Assembly (NCBI GenBank): GCA_040402735.1
Contig: JBBALZ010000001.1
Location: forward strand, 1-56,685
Length of the DNA stretch: 56,685 nt
Direction of reading: 5' to 3'
Source: Bdellovibrionota bacterium
GTDB lineage: Bacteria > Bdellovibrionota_C > UBA2361 > OMII01
Numbering within the stretch: position 1 is the first letter of the stretch; each line of letters opens with the position of its first letter. A model generated the notes under the pieces. That model made no database searches and was not told the origin of the DNA. It was given only the letters and a program-made list of their open reading frames with translations. Positions 28,976-41,919 of this stretch are shown here, piece by piece. The position numbers and the translations under genes were made by a program.

Positions 28976-31387
28976 CTACTTATCCATAAAGCCGCGCAAA
29001 CGCTTGCTGCGGCTCGGGTGGCGCAGCTTTCGTAACGCTTTAGCCTCGATTTGCCGGATACGTTCACGTGTAACGTCAAAGTTCTGACCTACCTCTTCTA
29101 GTGTATGATCACTCTTCTCGCCGATACCAAAGCGCATACGGAGAACCTTCTCCTCACGTGGAGTAAGGGTAGCCAGAACCTTTCTGGTCTGCTCCTGCAA
29201 GTTCATATTCACGACAGCGTTCGCCGGGGACACCACACGTTTGTCCTCGATAAAGTCTCCGAGGTGAGAATCCTCCTCCTCTCCGATCGGCGTTTCGAGC
29301 GAGATCGGCTCCTTGGCGATCTTCAAGACCTTGCGAACCTTGTCGATCGGGATCTCCATCTTCTCGGCGATCTCTTCCGGTGTTGGCTCGCGCCCCAGAT
29401 CTTGAACAAGTTGGCGCGAGGTACGCACTAACTTATTTATCGTTTCTATCATGTGCACCGGGATACGGATGATGCGCGCCTGGTCAGCAATAGCACGAGT
29501 AATCGCCTGACGTATCCACCACGTGGCATAAGTTGAAAACTTGTAGCCACGTTGATATTCGAACTTATCTACGGCCTTCATCAATCCGATATTGCCTTCC
29601 TGAATAAGATCCAGGAACTGCAATCCACGATTGGTATACTTTTTGGCGATCGAAACAACGAGCCGCAAGTTAGCTTCAATTAACTGATCCTTGGCTATGC
29701 GCGCACGGACTTCTCCATCCTTGAGGATCCGCACTGAATCGGCGAAACGATTAGCACTCATCATCGACCGTTCCTCAAGACCTTGAATCACCTCGTAGGC
29801 GCGACGAATAGGTTCCGTCCAGTGCTTAAGATCAGTGCTCTTCAGCTTGAGGCGCTTACCTGCGCGCTTAACGGCGACTTGATCCGAAGATAGCAGCTCA
29901 TTAAGAGAATCTACGAGATCCTCGACATTCGTTCCGAGCTTGCGAGCTGGCGTATCTAGATTTCTGAACACCTCACGACGCTCATCATCAGCAGTCTTGA
30001 CCAACTCGATCATTCTATTAAACTGCTTCTGGTTGAGGTTTAACTCCTCTACCTTGGTTGCGTTCTTCGTCAACTGCTTAAAGAACTTCTTCTCGCGATC
30101 TGAGCCTACGCGCTTTTCAAGCGGCAGTTCCATCAATTGCTCATAAAGCGTTCGAGTATCCTTAAGAGACTTGCGGTACGGCGTAGCCTTGGCGAGGAAC
30201 TTCTTTTTCTGCTCCTCGTCTTCTTGGCTTTGAAGAGTTGGCTTTGGAGCTATCTCCTGTCCGTCCTCATCAAATTTAGGCTCCTCCTCTTCCTCTTCCT
30301 CTTTTTCAGAATCTTGCTCGGTATCGTCCTCGGCAAAGAGATCTCTTAAACGGATCTCATCGCCCTTTACCTTTTCGAAGAGACTCACAACGTAATCTAG
30401 CGCTATTGGTTGCTGAAGTAGCTGCTCGCGAATGGCTAGCAAGCCCGACTCAATACGCTTAGCTATCTCAACCTCACCCTCTCGTGTGAGCAGACTGACG
30501 TTACCCATCTCGCGCAGGTACTGACGCACCGGATCAGTGCTACGACCAAGCGATCCTGGCTCTAGGACCTCAGGCGCAGCATCGAGCCCAACACCCCCAT
30601 CTCCGGCCTCCTCCTGAGGCTCTGCGGGTTGCTCGATGATATCGATATCATGCTCGCCGAAACGAGCAACAACTTCATCGACCTGTTCCTCGGACATTAC
30701 TTCACCGGCTAAGGCCTCATTGACCTCATCCATGGTGATGTAACCCTTCTCTTTGCCGATCTCGATTAAGCGACTCACGCGGGTTTCAATATCCCCCCGT
30801 TCCGCAATATCAATAGCACTGTCGATATCTGCAAGCTCGGCTTCTACTCCGACCTCAAAGCCAGTAAGCTCTTGCAACCCATCATCGAGATCTCCAACGA
30901 TGATATCTCGGTCAATCGCCAACGCCTCTTTATCCGCGTCGAGGGCTTTCTTAGGCTCTTTGGTGAGAGGCTTCGTCAGTGGCTTGGCGATCTCTGTAAC
31001 CTTTTCAGCAACTGGGGCAAGCTTCTTGGCTGCTGACCCAACTTGAGCTACTGCTGCCGACTTAACAATCGGCTCTTTGGTAGGAACGATTTTCCTCGGC
31101 GCAACTTTCGGCTGTGGCTTCCTCAGAGCCTCCTTTGCGAGAGCAATCGGCTTTGTAGACTTCTTTGCCGCGCCTGCAGCTGATGCTTGGCGCTTGAGTC
31201 GCTCTCGTGCCGCCGCCTTAAGTGTTGAATTTTTTTTGAGCGTTACGCGCGCTCGCTTTTTTCCTCGGTCCTTGAGCTTCTTAGCAGCTCCAGTCGATTT
31301 TAACTTAGGCTTTACCTTCTTACTCGGCTTAATTTTGCGAAGACTTTTACCGCTAACAGCTCCGCTCTTTTTTCGCACCACGCTCAC
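28976..31387 (-). CDS. rpoD: RNA polymerase sigma factor RpoD (sigma-70) with long basic N-terminal extension
   Basis: Conserved regions 1.2-4.2 ([40 protein letters not shown]; [30 protein letters not shown]). 803 aa including about 150 aa of K/A/P-rich N-terminus. Confidence 0.95.
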   Translation of the reverse strand: MSVVRKKSGAVSGKSLRKIKPSKKVKPKLKSTGAAKKLKDRGKKRARVTLKKNSTLKAAARERLKRQASAAGAAKKSTKPIALAKEALRKPQPKVAPRKIVPTKEPIVKSAAVAQVGSAAKKLAPVAEKVTEIAKPLTKPLTKEPKKALDADKEALAIDRDIIVGDLDDGLQELTGFEVGVEAELADIDSAIDIAERGDIETRVSRLIEIGKEKGYITMDEVNEALAGEVMSEEQVDEVVARFGEHDIDIIEQPAEPQEEAGDGGVGLDAAPEVLEPGSLGRSTDPVRQYLREMGNVSLLTREGEVEIAKRIESGLLAIREQLLQQPIALDYVVSLFEKVKGDEIRLRDLFAEDDTEQDSEKEEEEEEEPKFDEDGQEIAPKPTLQSQEDEEQKKKFLAKATPYRKSLKDTRTLYEQLMELPLEKRVGSDREKKFFKQLTKNATKVEELNLNQKQFNRMIELVKTADDERREVFRNLDTPARKLGTNVEDLVDSLNELLSSDQVAVKRAGKRLKLKSTDLKHWTEPIRRAYEVIQGLEERSMMSANRFADSVRILKDGEVRARIAKDQLIEANLRLVVSIAKKYTNRGLQFLDLIQEGNIGLMKAVDKFEYQRGYKFSTYATWWIRQAITRAIADQARIIRIPVHMIETINKLVRTSRQLVQDLGREPTPEEIAEKMEIPIDKVRKVLKIAKEPISLETPIGEEEDSHLGDFIEDKRVVSPANAVVNMNLQEQTRKVLATLTPREEKVLRMRFGIGEKSDHTLEEVGQNFDVTRERIRQIEAKALRKLRHPSRSKRLRGFMDK

Positions 31388-31571
31388 ACTCCAGAAGAGA
31401 AACGCTCCGGCATTGGACTTACGCCGAAGAACTAATTGACATCAAATCATCCGCATCATCGCACCATCAACACTGAGCAATTAGTTCGATCGATTAAATC
31501 AAACCATCCCCGGATGCAGAAGTGCTATAGATAGCGGATCGCGCAATACTAGCGATTTGAAGGGCTGAGGT

Positions 31572-33527
31572 CTACCCCCTGACCATACTGTCAAGTTGAC
31601 TTTTTAACGAGCGGATTCGCCCAAAAATCTCGGCCTGACGCTGGGGCTCGTCGGCACACGAGGCCAGCTCTTGCTGCGAATCCCTTATCAGGGTTGAAAG
31701 CTTCTCACGCCTAAAGCCGCTAATCGTCTTTTCGTACACCGACTCAGGTGTTTCATCACTCATTGAGAGCATAGTGTGGGCCTCTTTCCAGAGCAATACC
31801 CATTCAGATCCAAGCGACTGTAAATACTGCTTAATTTCGGACTTTACCTGCTCCTCATTAAGCTCATCTTGGTGTACAATATCGTTTAGGCCCAAGATAA
31901 ATCTCATCGACTCAGGCTGCAACATTTCGCACACATCAACGTTGCTGATAACTTGGGAGATAATCGCCTCGCGCAGAACCATCACTACCCGTAGAAGGGC
32001 CAAATCAGATTTGGGAAGTAGTCGGGGTGGTCGGTCAGATTGCTGCGTACTACCGCTCTTAGTGGCGTCTGGGCCCTGATCCGCAACAGCTCCTGCGCCC
32101 CCTACCACATTTCTCCAAGGCTCATCACTTTCCCTCCGTGCTACTGGACGGGATGACGCTGTAGTTGCTCCATCTGCCCGCCCCGCATCACCTCTATAAC
32201 GCTCTATCAATTTTTCCAGTTGTGCTGTCTCAACCTTTAATCGTCGTGCGACACGAGTTACGAGGGACGCTCTTACCACTTCGCGCTGAACCAGGGCCAG
32301 CGCCTTGGCAACTTCATCGCACACCTTTCCTAAGAGATTGGGGCCTAGCCCATCGTTTGATGTACCACCAAGCTTTCTCACAACCCCATCAACGAATGAA
32401 TCTATCAATAGAGCTTTAGGTAGCTCAGTTAACGCCTGTGCTGTTCGCTCTCCGTTCAACGCTGCAAAATCATCGGGGTCTGTGTCCTCTGGCAAAAAAC
32501 AAGCAGTAAGATCAAGCTCAGCGTTGCGCGCTACCGGAAACGATTTTGCAGCCGCATTCTTTCCGGCTTCATCACCATCAAAAAGGAGATGCACGCGGCT
32601 ACACAGCCCCGACAAGCGCTTTATATGCTGCTCGGTCAACGCCGTACCGCAACACGCCACTGCGTTGTGCACACCACGCATAGCTAACCCGATTACATCC
32701 ATGTAGCCTTCAACGATATAGACCTCACCGCTCTGACGCATGGCACCCATCGCCTGCGGCAAACCGTAAAATGTCTTACTCTTCTGATAGATCGGGGTCT
32801 CTGGTGAGTTGACGTACTTGGGTGACTGCTGCTCTAAAGAGGGTTCAAGCAACCCGGGAATGATGCGCCCACCAAAACCTGCAATTCGCTTCGGGTCGAT
32901 AAAGATCGGGAAAATTAACCGACCACGAAAGAGCTCGTAGGTTTCTCCAGATGCCGATCGGCGCGCGAGTCCCGAAAGGAGGATCGTCTCTCGGTCATAT
33001 CCAGCCTTAGTTAACTCATCGATTAACACACCTCTTTGGTTCGGCGCATAACCGATCCCAAAAGTGTTGATCGCCTCTGCTGTTAGACCTCTCTTTTTTA
33101 GGTACTCGCCGACCTTGCGATACTCTCCCTGCCCGCTCTTTACCTGCATTAGGGAGCGCCGAAAAAACAGATGCGCTGTCTGGCACAGCGCAAACAGTTT
33201 CTCGCGATCGATCTTAGGCCCAGCAGCACGACCTGATTCATATTTTAGTTCGATACCGAAGCGGCTCGCTAAAAACTCGACGGCATCCGGGAAACTTAGC
33301 GCCCGCGTCATCATTACAAATGAGATCACATTCCCCGATGCCCCGCATCCAAAGCAGTGGTAACCGTTGTTACTCTCTCGCACCGAAAAGGAAGGCGAGC
33401 GCTCTGAATGAAATGGACAAAGCCCTGTGTAATTAGCCCCCGACCTGCGCAACTTTACGGTCTCTGACACCACCTCAACGATAGAAGCTTCATTTCTGAC
33501 TCGGTCGATACTCTCTCGTGAAATCAC
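31572..33527 (-). CDS. dnaG: DNA primase
   Basis: Zinc-ribbon CPFHSERSPSFSV...CFGCG and a TOPRIM region (VEGYMDVI, LFDGDEAG). Confidence 0.93.
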   Translation of the reverse strand: MISRESIDRVRNEASIVEVVSETVKLRRSGANYTGLCPFHSERSPSFSVRESNNGYHCFGCGASGNVISFVMMTRALSFPDAVEFLASRFGIELKYESGRAAGPKIDREKLFALCQTAHLFFRRSLMQVKSGQGEYRKVGEYLKKRGLTAEAINTFGIGYAPNQRGVLIDELTKAGYDRETILLSGLARRSASGETYELFRGRLIFPIFIDPKRIAGFGGRIIPGLLEPSLEQQSPKYVNSPETPIYQKSKTFYGLPQAMGAMRQSGEVYIVEGYMDVIGLAMRGVHNAVACCGTALTEQHIKRLSGLCSRVHLLFDGDEAGKNAAAKSFPVARNAELDLTACFLPEDTDPDDFAALNGERTAQALTELPKALLIDSFVDGVVRKLGGTSNDGLGPNLLGKVCDEVAKALALVQREVVRASLVTRVARRLKVETAQLEKLIERYRGDAGRADGATTASSRPVARRESDEPWRNVVGGAGAVADQGPDATKSGSTQQSDRPPRLLPKSDLALLRVVMVLREAIISQVISNVDVCEMLQPESMRFILGLNDIVHQDELNEEQVKSEIKQYLQSLGSEWVLLWKEAHTMLSMSDETPESVYEKTISGFRREKLSTLIRDSQQELASCADEPQRQAEIFGRIRSLKSQLDSMVRG

Positions 33528-33580
33528 GACGGTAGGCTACCATAGAGACAATTAAGAGCAAACGTAACTACTCTTACCAC

Positions 33581-34075
33581 CTACAAATTCTCCTCTGTCT
33601 CCTCATAAATAACCGAGAGCTCTACTATCTCGTACTCACGAGCCCCGCCAGGGAGAGCAACTTTGACAACATCCCCCAACTCCTTGCCGATTAGGCCCTT
33701 ACCGAGCGGGGCTTCGTAAGAGATCCACCCCTTATCAACGTCGGATTCCTCAGCTCCATAGATACTGATGACTCGTCGCTCGCCACTATCGACATCCTCT
33801 ATGGTTACCGTTGCACCAAATATCACCCGATCTGAAATATTCAGTTTTCGGGGATCAATCACCTCGGCCATAGCTAGCCGTGTTTCAATATCACGGATCT
33901 TAGCTTCGACCATGCCCGACTTCTCTTTTGCAGCATCATAGTCGCCGTTCTCAGAGAGATCCCCGTGCCCACGAGCCACCTCGATTGCACGAGCAAGCTC
34001 CGGGCGCATAGCCTTTAATTTCATCAATTCTGAACGAAGCGCGGCATAGCCACGCGGAGTCATAGGACGCTTCAT
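33581..34075 (-). CDS. greA: Transcription elongation factor GreA
   Basis: 164 aa with a coiled-coil N-terminus containing GDLSENGDYDAAKE and a GreA C-terminal domain. Confidence 0.93.
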   Translation of the reverse strand: MKRPMTPRGYAALRSELMKLKAMRPELARAIEVARGHGDLSENGDYDAAKEKSGMVEAKIRDIETRLAMAEVIDPRKLNISDRVIFGATVTIEDVDSGERRVISIYGAEESDVDKGWISYEAPLGKGLIGKELGDVVKVALPGGAREYEIVELSVIYEETEENL

Positions 34076-34126
34076 GGATGACCTCCTAACGATACATGCG
34101 AGAATGGACCTCGCAAGGCGGGCCCG

Positions 34127-34681
34127 TTACGCCCGACTCTGATACTCTCCGGTGTCTGTGTTAATGATGACCTTATCACCGATGTTAACGAACTGTGGCA
34201 CTGAAACCTGCAGACCAGTCTCCGTCTTGGCTGGCTTTGGTGAGTTAGTTGCCGTGGCCCCCTTCATACCTGGCTCTGTATCAACTATCTCAAGAGTTAC
34301 TGTCTGTGGAAGCTGGATGCCGATCGGGTTCTCTTCGTACATTGAGAGCTGCACCTGCATACCCTCCTGGACAAAATACTTGCCCATACCGATCATCTCA
34401 TCTGTGATTGTGACCTCCTCGTAGGTCTCACTATTCATAAAGTGAAATCCATTCTGATCTGCATAAAGAAATGTTGCTGGCTGATTGAATACATCTGCCG
34501 TCTCAATCTCTTCGGTAGAGCTAAACCGATGCTCAGTCTGCTTACCATCGTATAGATTACGCAGCTTCATCTGCACCATCGCGCGAAGATTGCCCGGGGT
34601 GTGATGATGAAAATCCATCACGCTGTAGAGGCTATTCTTAAACTTTAAAACCGTTCCTCGTCTTACATCTTTTGCTTTCAT
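34127..34681 (-). CDS. efp: Elongation factor P
   Basis: 184 aa with the EF-P loop region HHTPGNLRAMVQMKLRNL and three OB-like domains. Confidence 0.93.
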   Translation of the reverse strand: MKAKDVRRGTVLKFKNSLYSVMDFHHHTPGNLRAMVQMKLRNLYDGKQTEHRFSSTEEIETADVFNQPATFLYADQNGFHFMNSETYEEVTITDEMIGMGKYFVQEGMQVQLSMYEENPIGIQLPQTVTLEIVDTEPGMKGATATNSPKPAKTETGLQVSVPQFVNIGDKVIINTDTGEYQSRA

Positions 34682-36165
34682 TACATCACCTTTAACAGAA
34701 CAATGGCTTCCGCGATGCGGGATAATACCCTATCACGACCCAAAACCGCAAACGACTCAAAGAGTGGCGGGGTGACGGTCTTCCCGGTCACAGCCACCCG
34801 AAGCACTGCAAAAGCAGGTCCCGGCTTAAAGCCTAATTCCACAGCAACTCCCCGCAATGCCTGATCTATTTGCGTTACAGAGAACTCCTTAAGCTGCTCC
34901 AAGCAAGCCTTTGACCGGGTTAATATCTCGGAAGCCTTAGCCACGTCGATACCTTTCTGAAACATCGCATCGATCTGCCTTTCCAAGGGTTTATCCATTA
35001 GGAACTCAACCATAGGAGGCACCTCTGTGAGCAACTTCACCCGCTCCTGTACCAGAGGCGCTATCGCCGCAAACATCTCGTCGGGTATCACAACCTCTGC
35101 TGCCTTAAGGAATGGAGCCGTTCTTTTGATAAAGTCGGCAGTATCAAGATTTCGGATGTACAATCCGTTCATCCACTCCATCTTAATCATATCAAAGACA
35201 CCACTTGCGGGATTAATCCCCTCAAGTGAGAACTTGGAGATCAGCTCATCGCGAGTAAATATCTCTTGATCGCTCCCCTCACCCGGTGCCCATCCGATAA
35301 GTGACACAAAATTGAGCACCGCCTCGGGAAGAAAGCCTTTTTCGCGAGCATCACGCGACGTTGCCGCGCCGGTACGCTTTGATAGCTTCTTGCCATCTGG
35401 GCCATTTACTACTGGGAAATGGGCTATAATCGGCGGCTCCCAGCCAAGAGCTTCGTACACCAGGAGATGGATCGGAGTTGATGAGAGCCACTCGACTCCT
35501 CGTAGCACGTGGCTAATCTTCATATCGTGATCATCCACTACCACCGCCAAATGATACGTAGGCGAGCCGTCACTCTTGAGGAGTACTGTATCTCGCAACT
35601 GAATCTGTTCCCACGTAACCTTACCTCGGACTCCATCATTAAAACTAATCGCCCGCTTCTGCGGTATCTTGAGCCGCACTACGTGCGGGGCATCGGCCGA
35701 TACGTTGCGGGTACGACAGTATCCTGAGTAGCCCGGCAACTCCTTCCGAGCCATTTGCTCATTACGCTCACGCTCAAGCATCTGAGGAGTGCAATCACAA
35801 CGATAGGCAAATCCTTTAGCGATTAATTCCTCGGCAACCTCTCGGTAGCGCACCATGCGCAAACTCTGGATGTATGGCCCGCACGGCCCACCGATATCGG
35901 GAGCCCCTTCCCAGGACTCTCCGATCTGCTCAAGCTCAGCCTTGCTAGGCCCCTCATCAGGTTGGATGCCGAACCATGCTAGCTCCTCGAGAATGAAGCG
36001 TATCGCCCCTGGGACACTGCGCTCACGATCGGTATCTTCGATGCGTAGCAGAAACTCTCCGCCATGACGCTTTGCTAGGAGCCAGGCGAAAAACGCGGTG
36101 CGAAAACCACCAAGGTGCTGAAAGCCAGTAGGAGAAGGAGCGAAACGGGTTCTAACGTGGGACAT
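34681..36165 (-). CDS. gltX: Glutamate--tRNA ligase
   Basis: RFAPSPTGFQHLGG (HIGH region) and KLSKR (KMSKS). Confidence 0.93.
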   Translation of the reverse strand: MSHVRTRFAPSPTGFQHLGGFRTAFFAWLLAKRHGGEFLLRIEDTDRERSVPGAIRFILEELAWFGIQPDEGPSKAELEQIGESWEGAPDIGGPCGPYIQSLRMVRYREVAEELIAKGFAYRCDCTPQMLERERNEQMARKELPGYSGYCRTRNVSADAPHVVRLKIPQKRAISFNDGVRGKVTWEQIQLRDTVLLKSDGSPTYHLAVVVDDHDMKISHVLRGVEWLSSTPIHLLVYEALGWEPPIIAHFPVVNGPDGKKLSKRTGAATSRDAREKGFLPEAVLNFVSLIGWAPGEGSDQEIFTRDELISKFSLEGINPASGVFDMIKMEWMNGLYIRNLDTADFIKRTAPFLKAAEVVIPDEMFAAIAPLVQERVKLLTEVPPMVEFLMDKPLERQIDAMFQKGIDVAKASEILTRSKACLEQLKEFSVTQIDQALRGVAVELGFKPGPAFAVLRVAVTGKTVTPPLFESFAVLGRDRVLSRIAEAIVLLKVM

Positions 36166-36329
36166 AATTCAAATATTGATAAGACTGCTTATTTTAAGGA
36201 GAAAGAGATTTGCTTGCCCTGCAGCCCAGCGAACTAAAGAGCACCTTAACCTAAAACTGATTAAGCACCGTAAACCTGCCGAGTATAATCAACTACTTTG
36301 ATAGTTGCAAAAGGTTTAGGCGAATGCCA

Positions 36330-36397
36330 GTGCATCGCAATCCTCCGGCTATCTACTCGAAAGAGCTGGCATTTATAATAAGGATACAAATGCGCGG
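36330..36397 (+). repeat. R2 left-half copy (diverged)
   Basis: GTGCATCGCAATCCTCCGGCTATCTACTCGAAAG...ACAAATGCGCGG aligns with the first ~68 nt of full-length R2. Confidence 0.7.
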
Positions 36398-36489
36398 CCC
36401 GAACGGATGCAGCGCTTTAAGAGCCGCGACTGGTCTTTTTAGCCTCATCCTTCACGCAACTTTTTTCCCAATTCTCCGAACAATGTATA

Positions 36490-36637
36490 GGGCATCGCAA
36501 TTCTCCCGCTATCTACCGGAAAGGACCGGCATTCCTGATAGGGATAAAAATGCGCGGCTAAATACCGATAAACTCATTAAATACAGTAGGTTCCGCGCAT
36601 TTTTGGCCCCATTTTAGAGAAGAGAATTGCGACGCCC
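36490..36637 (+). mobile_element. R2 element, full length (148 bp, MITE-like)
   Basis: GGGCATCGCAATTCTC...GAGAATTGCGACGCCC terminal inverted repeats and an internal AAAAATGCGCGG/CCGCGCATTTTT stem. Nearly identical to 54107-54254. ATGTATA occurs on both flanks. Confidence 0.8.
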
Positions 36638-36680
36638 TAAACTATGTATAGGTCGATTGATTTTCTGGAGGATGCAGATT

Positions 36681-39655
<2,975 letters not shown>

Positions 39656-39659
<4 letters not shown>

Positions 39660-40480
39660 ACGGCGATATCGAAAACTATACGCTCATGGGGATTGTAATT
39701 CTCAAGGGTAAAGTCCGAGAAAGAGAACCCGAATATATCTTTAACTTCCGGGTTAATTCTCATCGTTGGCAGAGGCCTAGGGTCACGCTGTAGCTGAAGC
39801 TCTGCTCCTTCAACGTGATTTGAGTAGATGTGCACATCACCAAAAGTATGCACAAACTCATGCGGCCGAAGACCTGTAACCTGCGCTACCATCATCAAGA
39901 ACAACGAATAGCTAGCTATATTGAACGGCACTCCCAGCATCAGGTCAGCCGAGCGTTGATAGAGCTGCAAACTTATTCGATCCCCCGAAACGTAAAATTG
40001 AAAAAGGGTGTGACAGGCCGGTGGTGCAACATCTGGGAGATCGGCAGGATTAAAAGACACAACAACTATGCGACGACTCATTGGATTGCTTTTGATTGTG
40101 TCAATCGCTCGCTGAATCTGATCGACTTTGCCACGCGGCCCCTCCCAAGAGCGCCACTGTTTACCGTACACCGGACCTAGCTCTCCATCTGAATTAGCCC
40201 ACTCATCCCAGATTGATACGTTGTGCTCCTTGAGGTAACCGATATTTGTGTCTCCCTTCAGGAACCACAACAATTCGTGAATTATCGACTTGAGGTGCAC
40301 CTTTTTTGTGGTAACAAGGGGAAATCCCTCATCCAGATTAAAGCGCATCTGCCGACCGAATACCGAGTATGTTCCAACACCGGTACGATCCGGGCGCACC
40401 AGCGCACCATTTTTCTCGACCCCAGCCTCAGGTTTACCGTTCTCAAGAACATCGCGAACTAAATCTAGGTATTGCTTCAT
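39656..40480 (-). CDS. thyA: Thymidylate synthase (ThyA type)
   Basis: 274 aa with the motifs DRTGVGT, LPPCH-like [13 protein letters not shown] and DVHIYSNH. Confidence 0.95.
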
Positions 40481-40571
40481 AAACGCTAACTATCCCTTGT
40501 TTGACCCTCAGAGCATACTTCTAGCGGCTAGGTTACATCAAGATTGAGGTACTATCTTACATTAATTCTTT

Positions 40572-40696
40572 GTAACTACTCACCGGATTTTAAGATCGTC
40601 GCTGTAATTTGGCCGCTAAATGAGCTGATTTTGGCGGATAAATGGGCGGCTTTGCGGAGTAAAGCGGGGCGAACTTAAAATCAGGTGAGTAGTTAC
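40572..40696. mobile_element. R1 element bounded by 13-bp inverted termini
   Basis: GTAACTACTCACC ... GGTGAGTAGTTAC enclose the R1 core (reverse orientation) and a GGGCGGCTTTGCGGAGTAAAGCGGGG hairpin module. No credible ORF. Confidence 0.8.
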
Positions 40697-40710
40697 CAAG
40701 CTAGATTTAA

Positions 40711-41517
40711 TTACAAAACTATCTTCGAGCAATAAATAACCTCCGGCCCCAATCCGACCATACAGGCAAATGAGAGGGTATCTGCCTGCGTAAAGACGTC
40801 TAAACACATCTGCTCAGCCATGCCATACGGCTGAACCTTAGGGAACCCCTCACCTACAACCACTTCAAGGTGCTGGAAAAGAAGGGTCTCATTCAGCGTT
40901 GTTAGGGGCCGCGAGAACGCGACTATGTAGTCACCTGGACGCAACGTAACCGACGCCACTTCAACATCGATAATAGAGTGCGAGCCGATAAAAGCCTGCC
41001 TCTGAGACGCCGGATCTGCCGAGTACTCGGCGATATCACCGACTATAGCGCGATCTACTCCATCACTACCGAAAAAAGGAAATAGCTGCCTATTTCGGAA
41101 AAGATAAACACTCCCCTGTCCGACACGAGCAGCGGCAAATCTCTGTTTATCGACTATAAATGCCAAGAGCGATGCCGCCATGCGGCCACCCGCTGCTAAC
41201 TTATGACCGAATCCGTACACCGAAGAATTGGACAAACGAAAAGCTGCCTCTAGCACCTCCACAGCAAACTCTTCATCATCAGCAGGCTTAGCAGGCTTCT
41301 GCTCAAGTTGGGCTAAGTGAGTCACTACCCCTTCAACAAAGTAATCGATCGCCAAACGGTATGCTACCTGCGCCCCAACCCCTTGAATCGCCGCTGTCGA
41401 TCCCGCAAACACCATCTGTGCCGGCCTCATCATCGGATTGAGCGCGACAAAAGCAGAGGCATCCGGCAGGGCCTCTGCTCCCCTAAAGATGTCACAATCT
41501 AGTCTGGTTAAACTCAT
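40711..41517 (-). CDS. Hypothetical protein, possibly degenerate PP2C/SpoIIE-like fold
   Basis: 268 aa. Weak resemblance to PP2C blocks (GSVYLFRNRQL, GDYIVAFSRPL), but I could not see the canonical metal-binding Asp motifs. Confidence 0.5.
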   Translation of the reverse strand: MSLTRLDCDIFRGAEALPDASAFVALNPMMRPAQMVFAGSTAAIQGVGAQVAYRLAIDYFVEGVVTHLAQLEQKPAKPADDEEFAVEVLEAAFRLSNSSVYGFGHKLAAGGRMAASLLAFIVDKQRFAAARVGQGSVYLFRNRQLFPFFGSDGVDRAIVGDIAEYSADPASQRQAFIGSHSIIDVEVASVTLRPGDYIVAFSRPLTTLNETLLFQHLEVVVGEGFPKVQPYGMAEQMCLDVFTQADTLSFACMVGLGPEVIYCSKIVL

Positions 41518-41781
41518 CTGTTATTTCCGCTGCCCAATCTTCACTGGCGGCACACCTTGCGCATATTCGACCCCTGTCCTACTTAGAGTGCCCTTTTGTC
41601 CCAAATCCTGTATATGTCACCTCTCTTGGTTCCGGCTCGTCCAAGTTAGGAAAGCCCGTATCTGTCACTACGACAATTAACTCAGAGGGCACCCTAGAAC
41701 GCAACCGCAATTTTGGGGCAATTTAGGCCTTCCTATGCAACGAGCTCTAAACGGCAGAATCTGCCTGCCTATCCGAAGGAT

Positions 41782-41809
41782 TAGGGCTTCGCAATTCTCC
41801 GGCGATCTA
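41782..41809 (+). repeat. R2 left-terminus fragment
   Basis: TAGGGCTTCGCAATTCTCCGGCGATCTA matches the R2 left end. The downstream sequence diverges. Confidence 0.6.
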
Positions 41810-41919
41810 GGGTTTGAGTTGTTAGGTCACTCAGGACGTAGTACGCTCGCTTTTAGGACGTCCTGTGCTTCTTTAGCAGGGATCCTATTTGACACCTATA
41901 CTACCCTCGGAGCTACACC

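Noticed and set aside
36324-36617. ORFs that lie within repeat elements (36324..36617, 40616..40807, 44831..45049, 54921..55112, 55031..55393, 48874..49119).
   Set aside because: They are translated from R1 or R2 repeat DNA. The frames are not conserved between copies because indels differ, and 55031..55393 competes with a convincing bTHX gene on the other strand.
40572-40696. Integron attC-like sites, given the imperfect palindromes ending in ...GTTAC.
   Set aside because: The termini do not fit the RYYYAAC / GTTRRRY cores. The flanking genes are not co-oriented cassettes, and there is no intI or attI.
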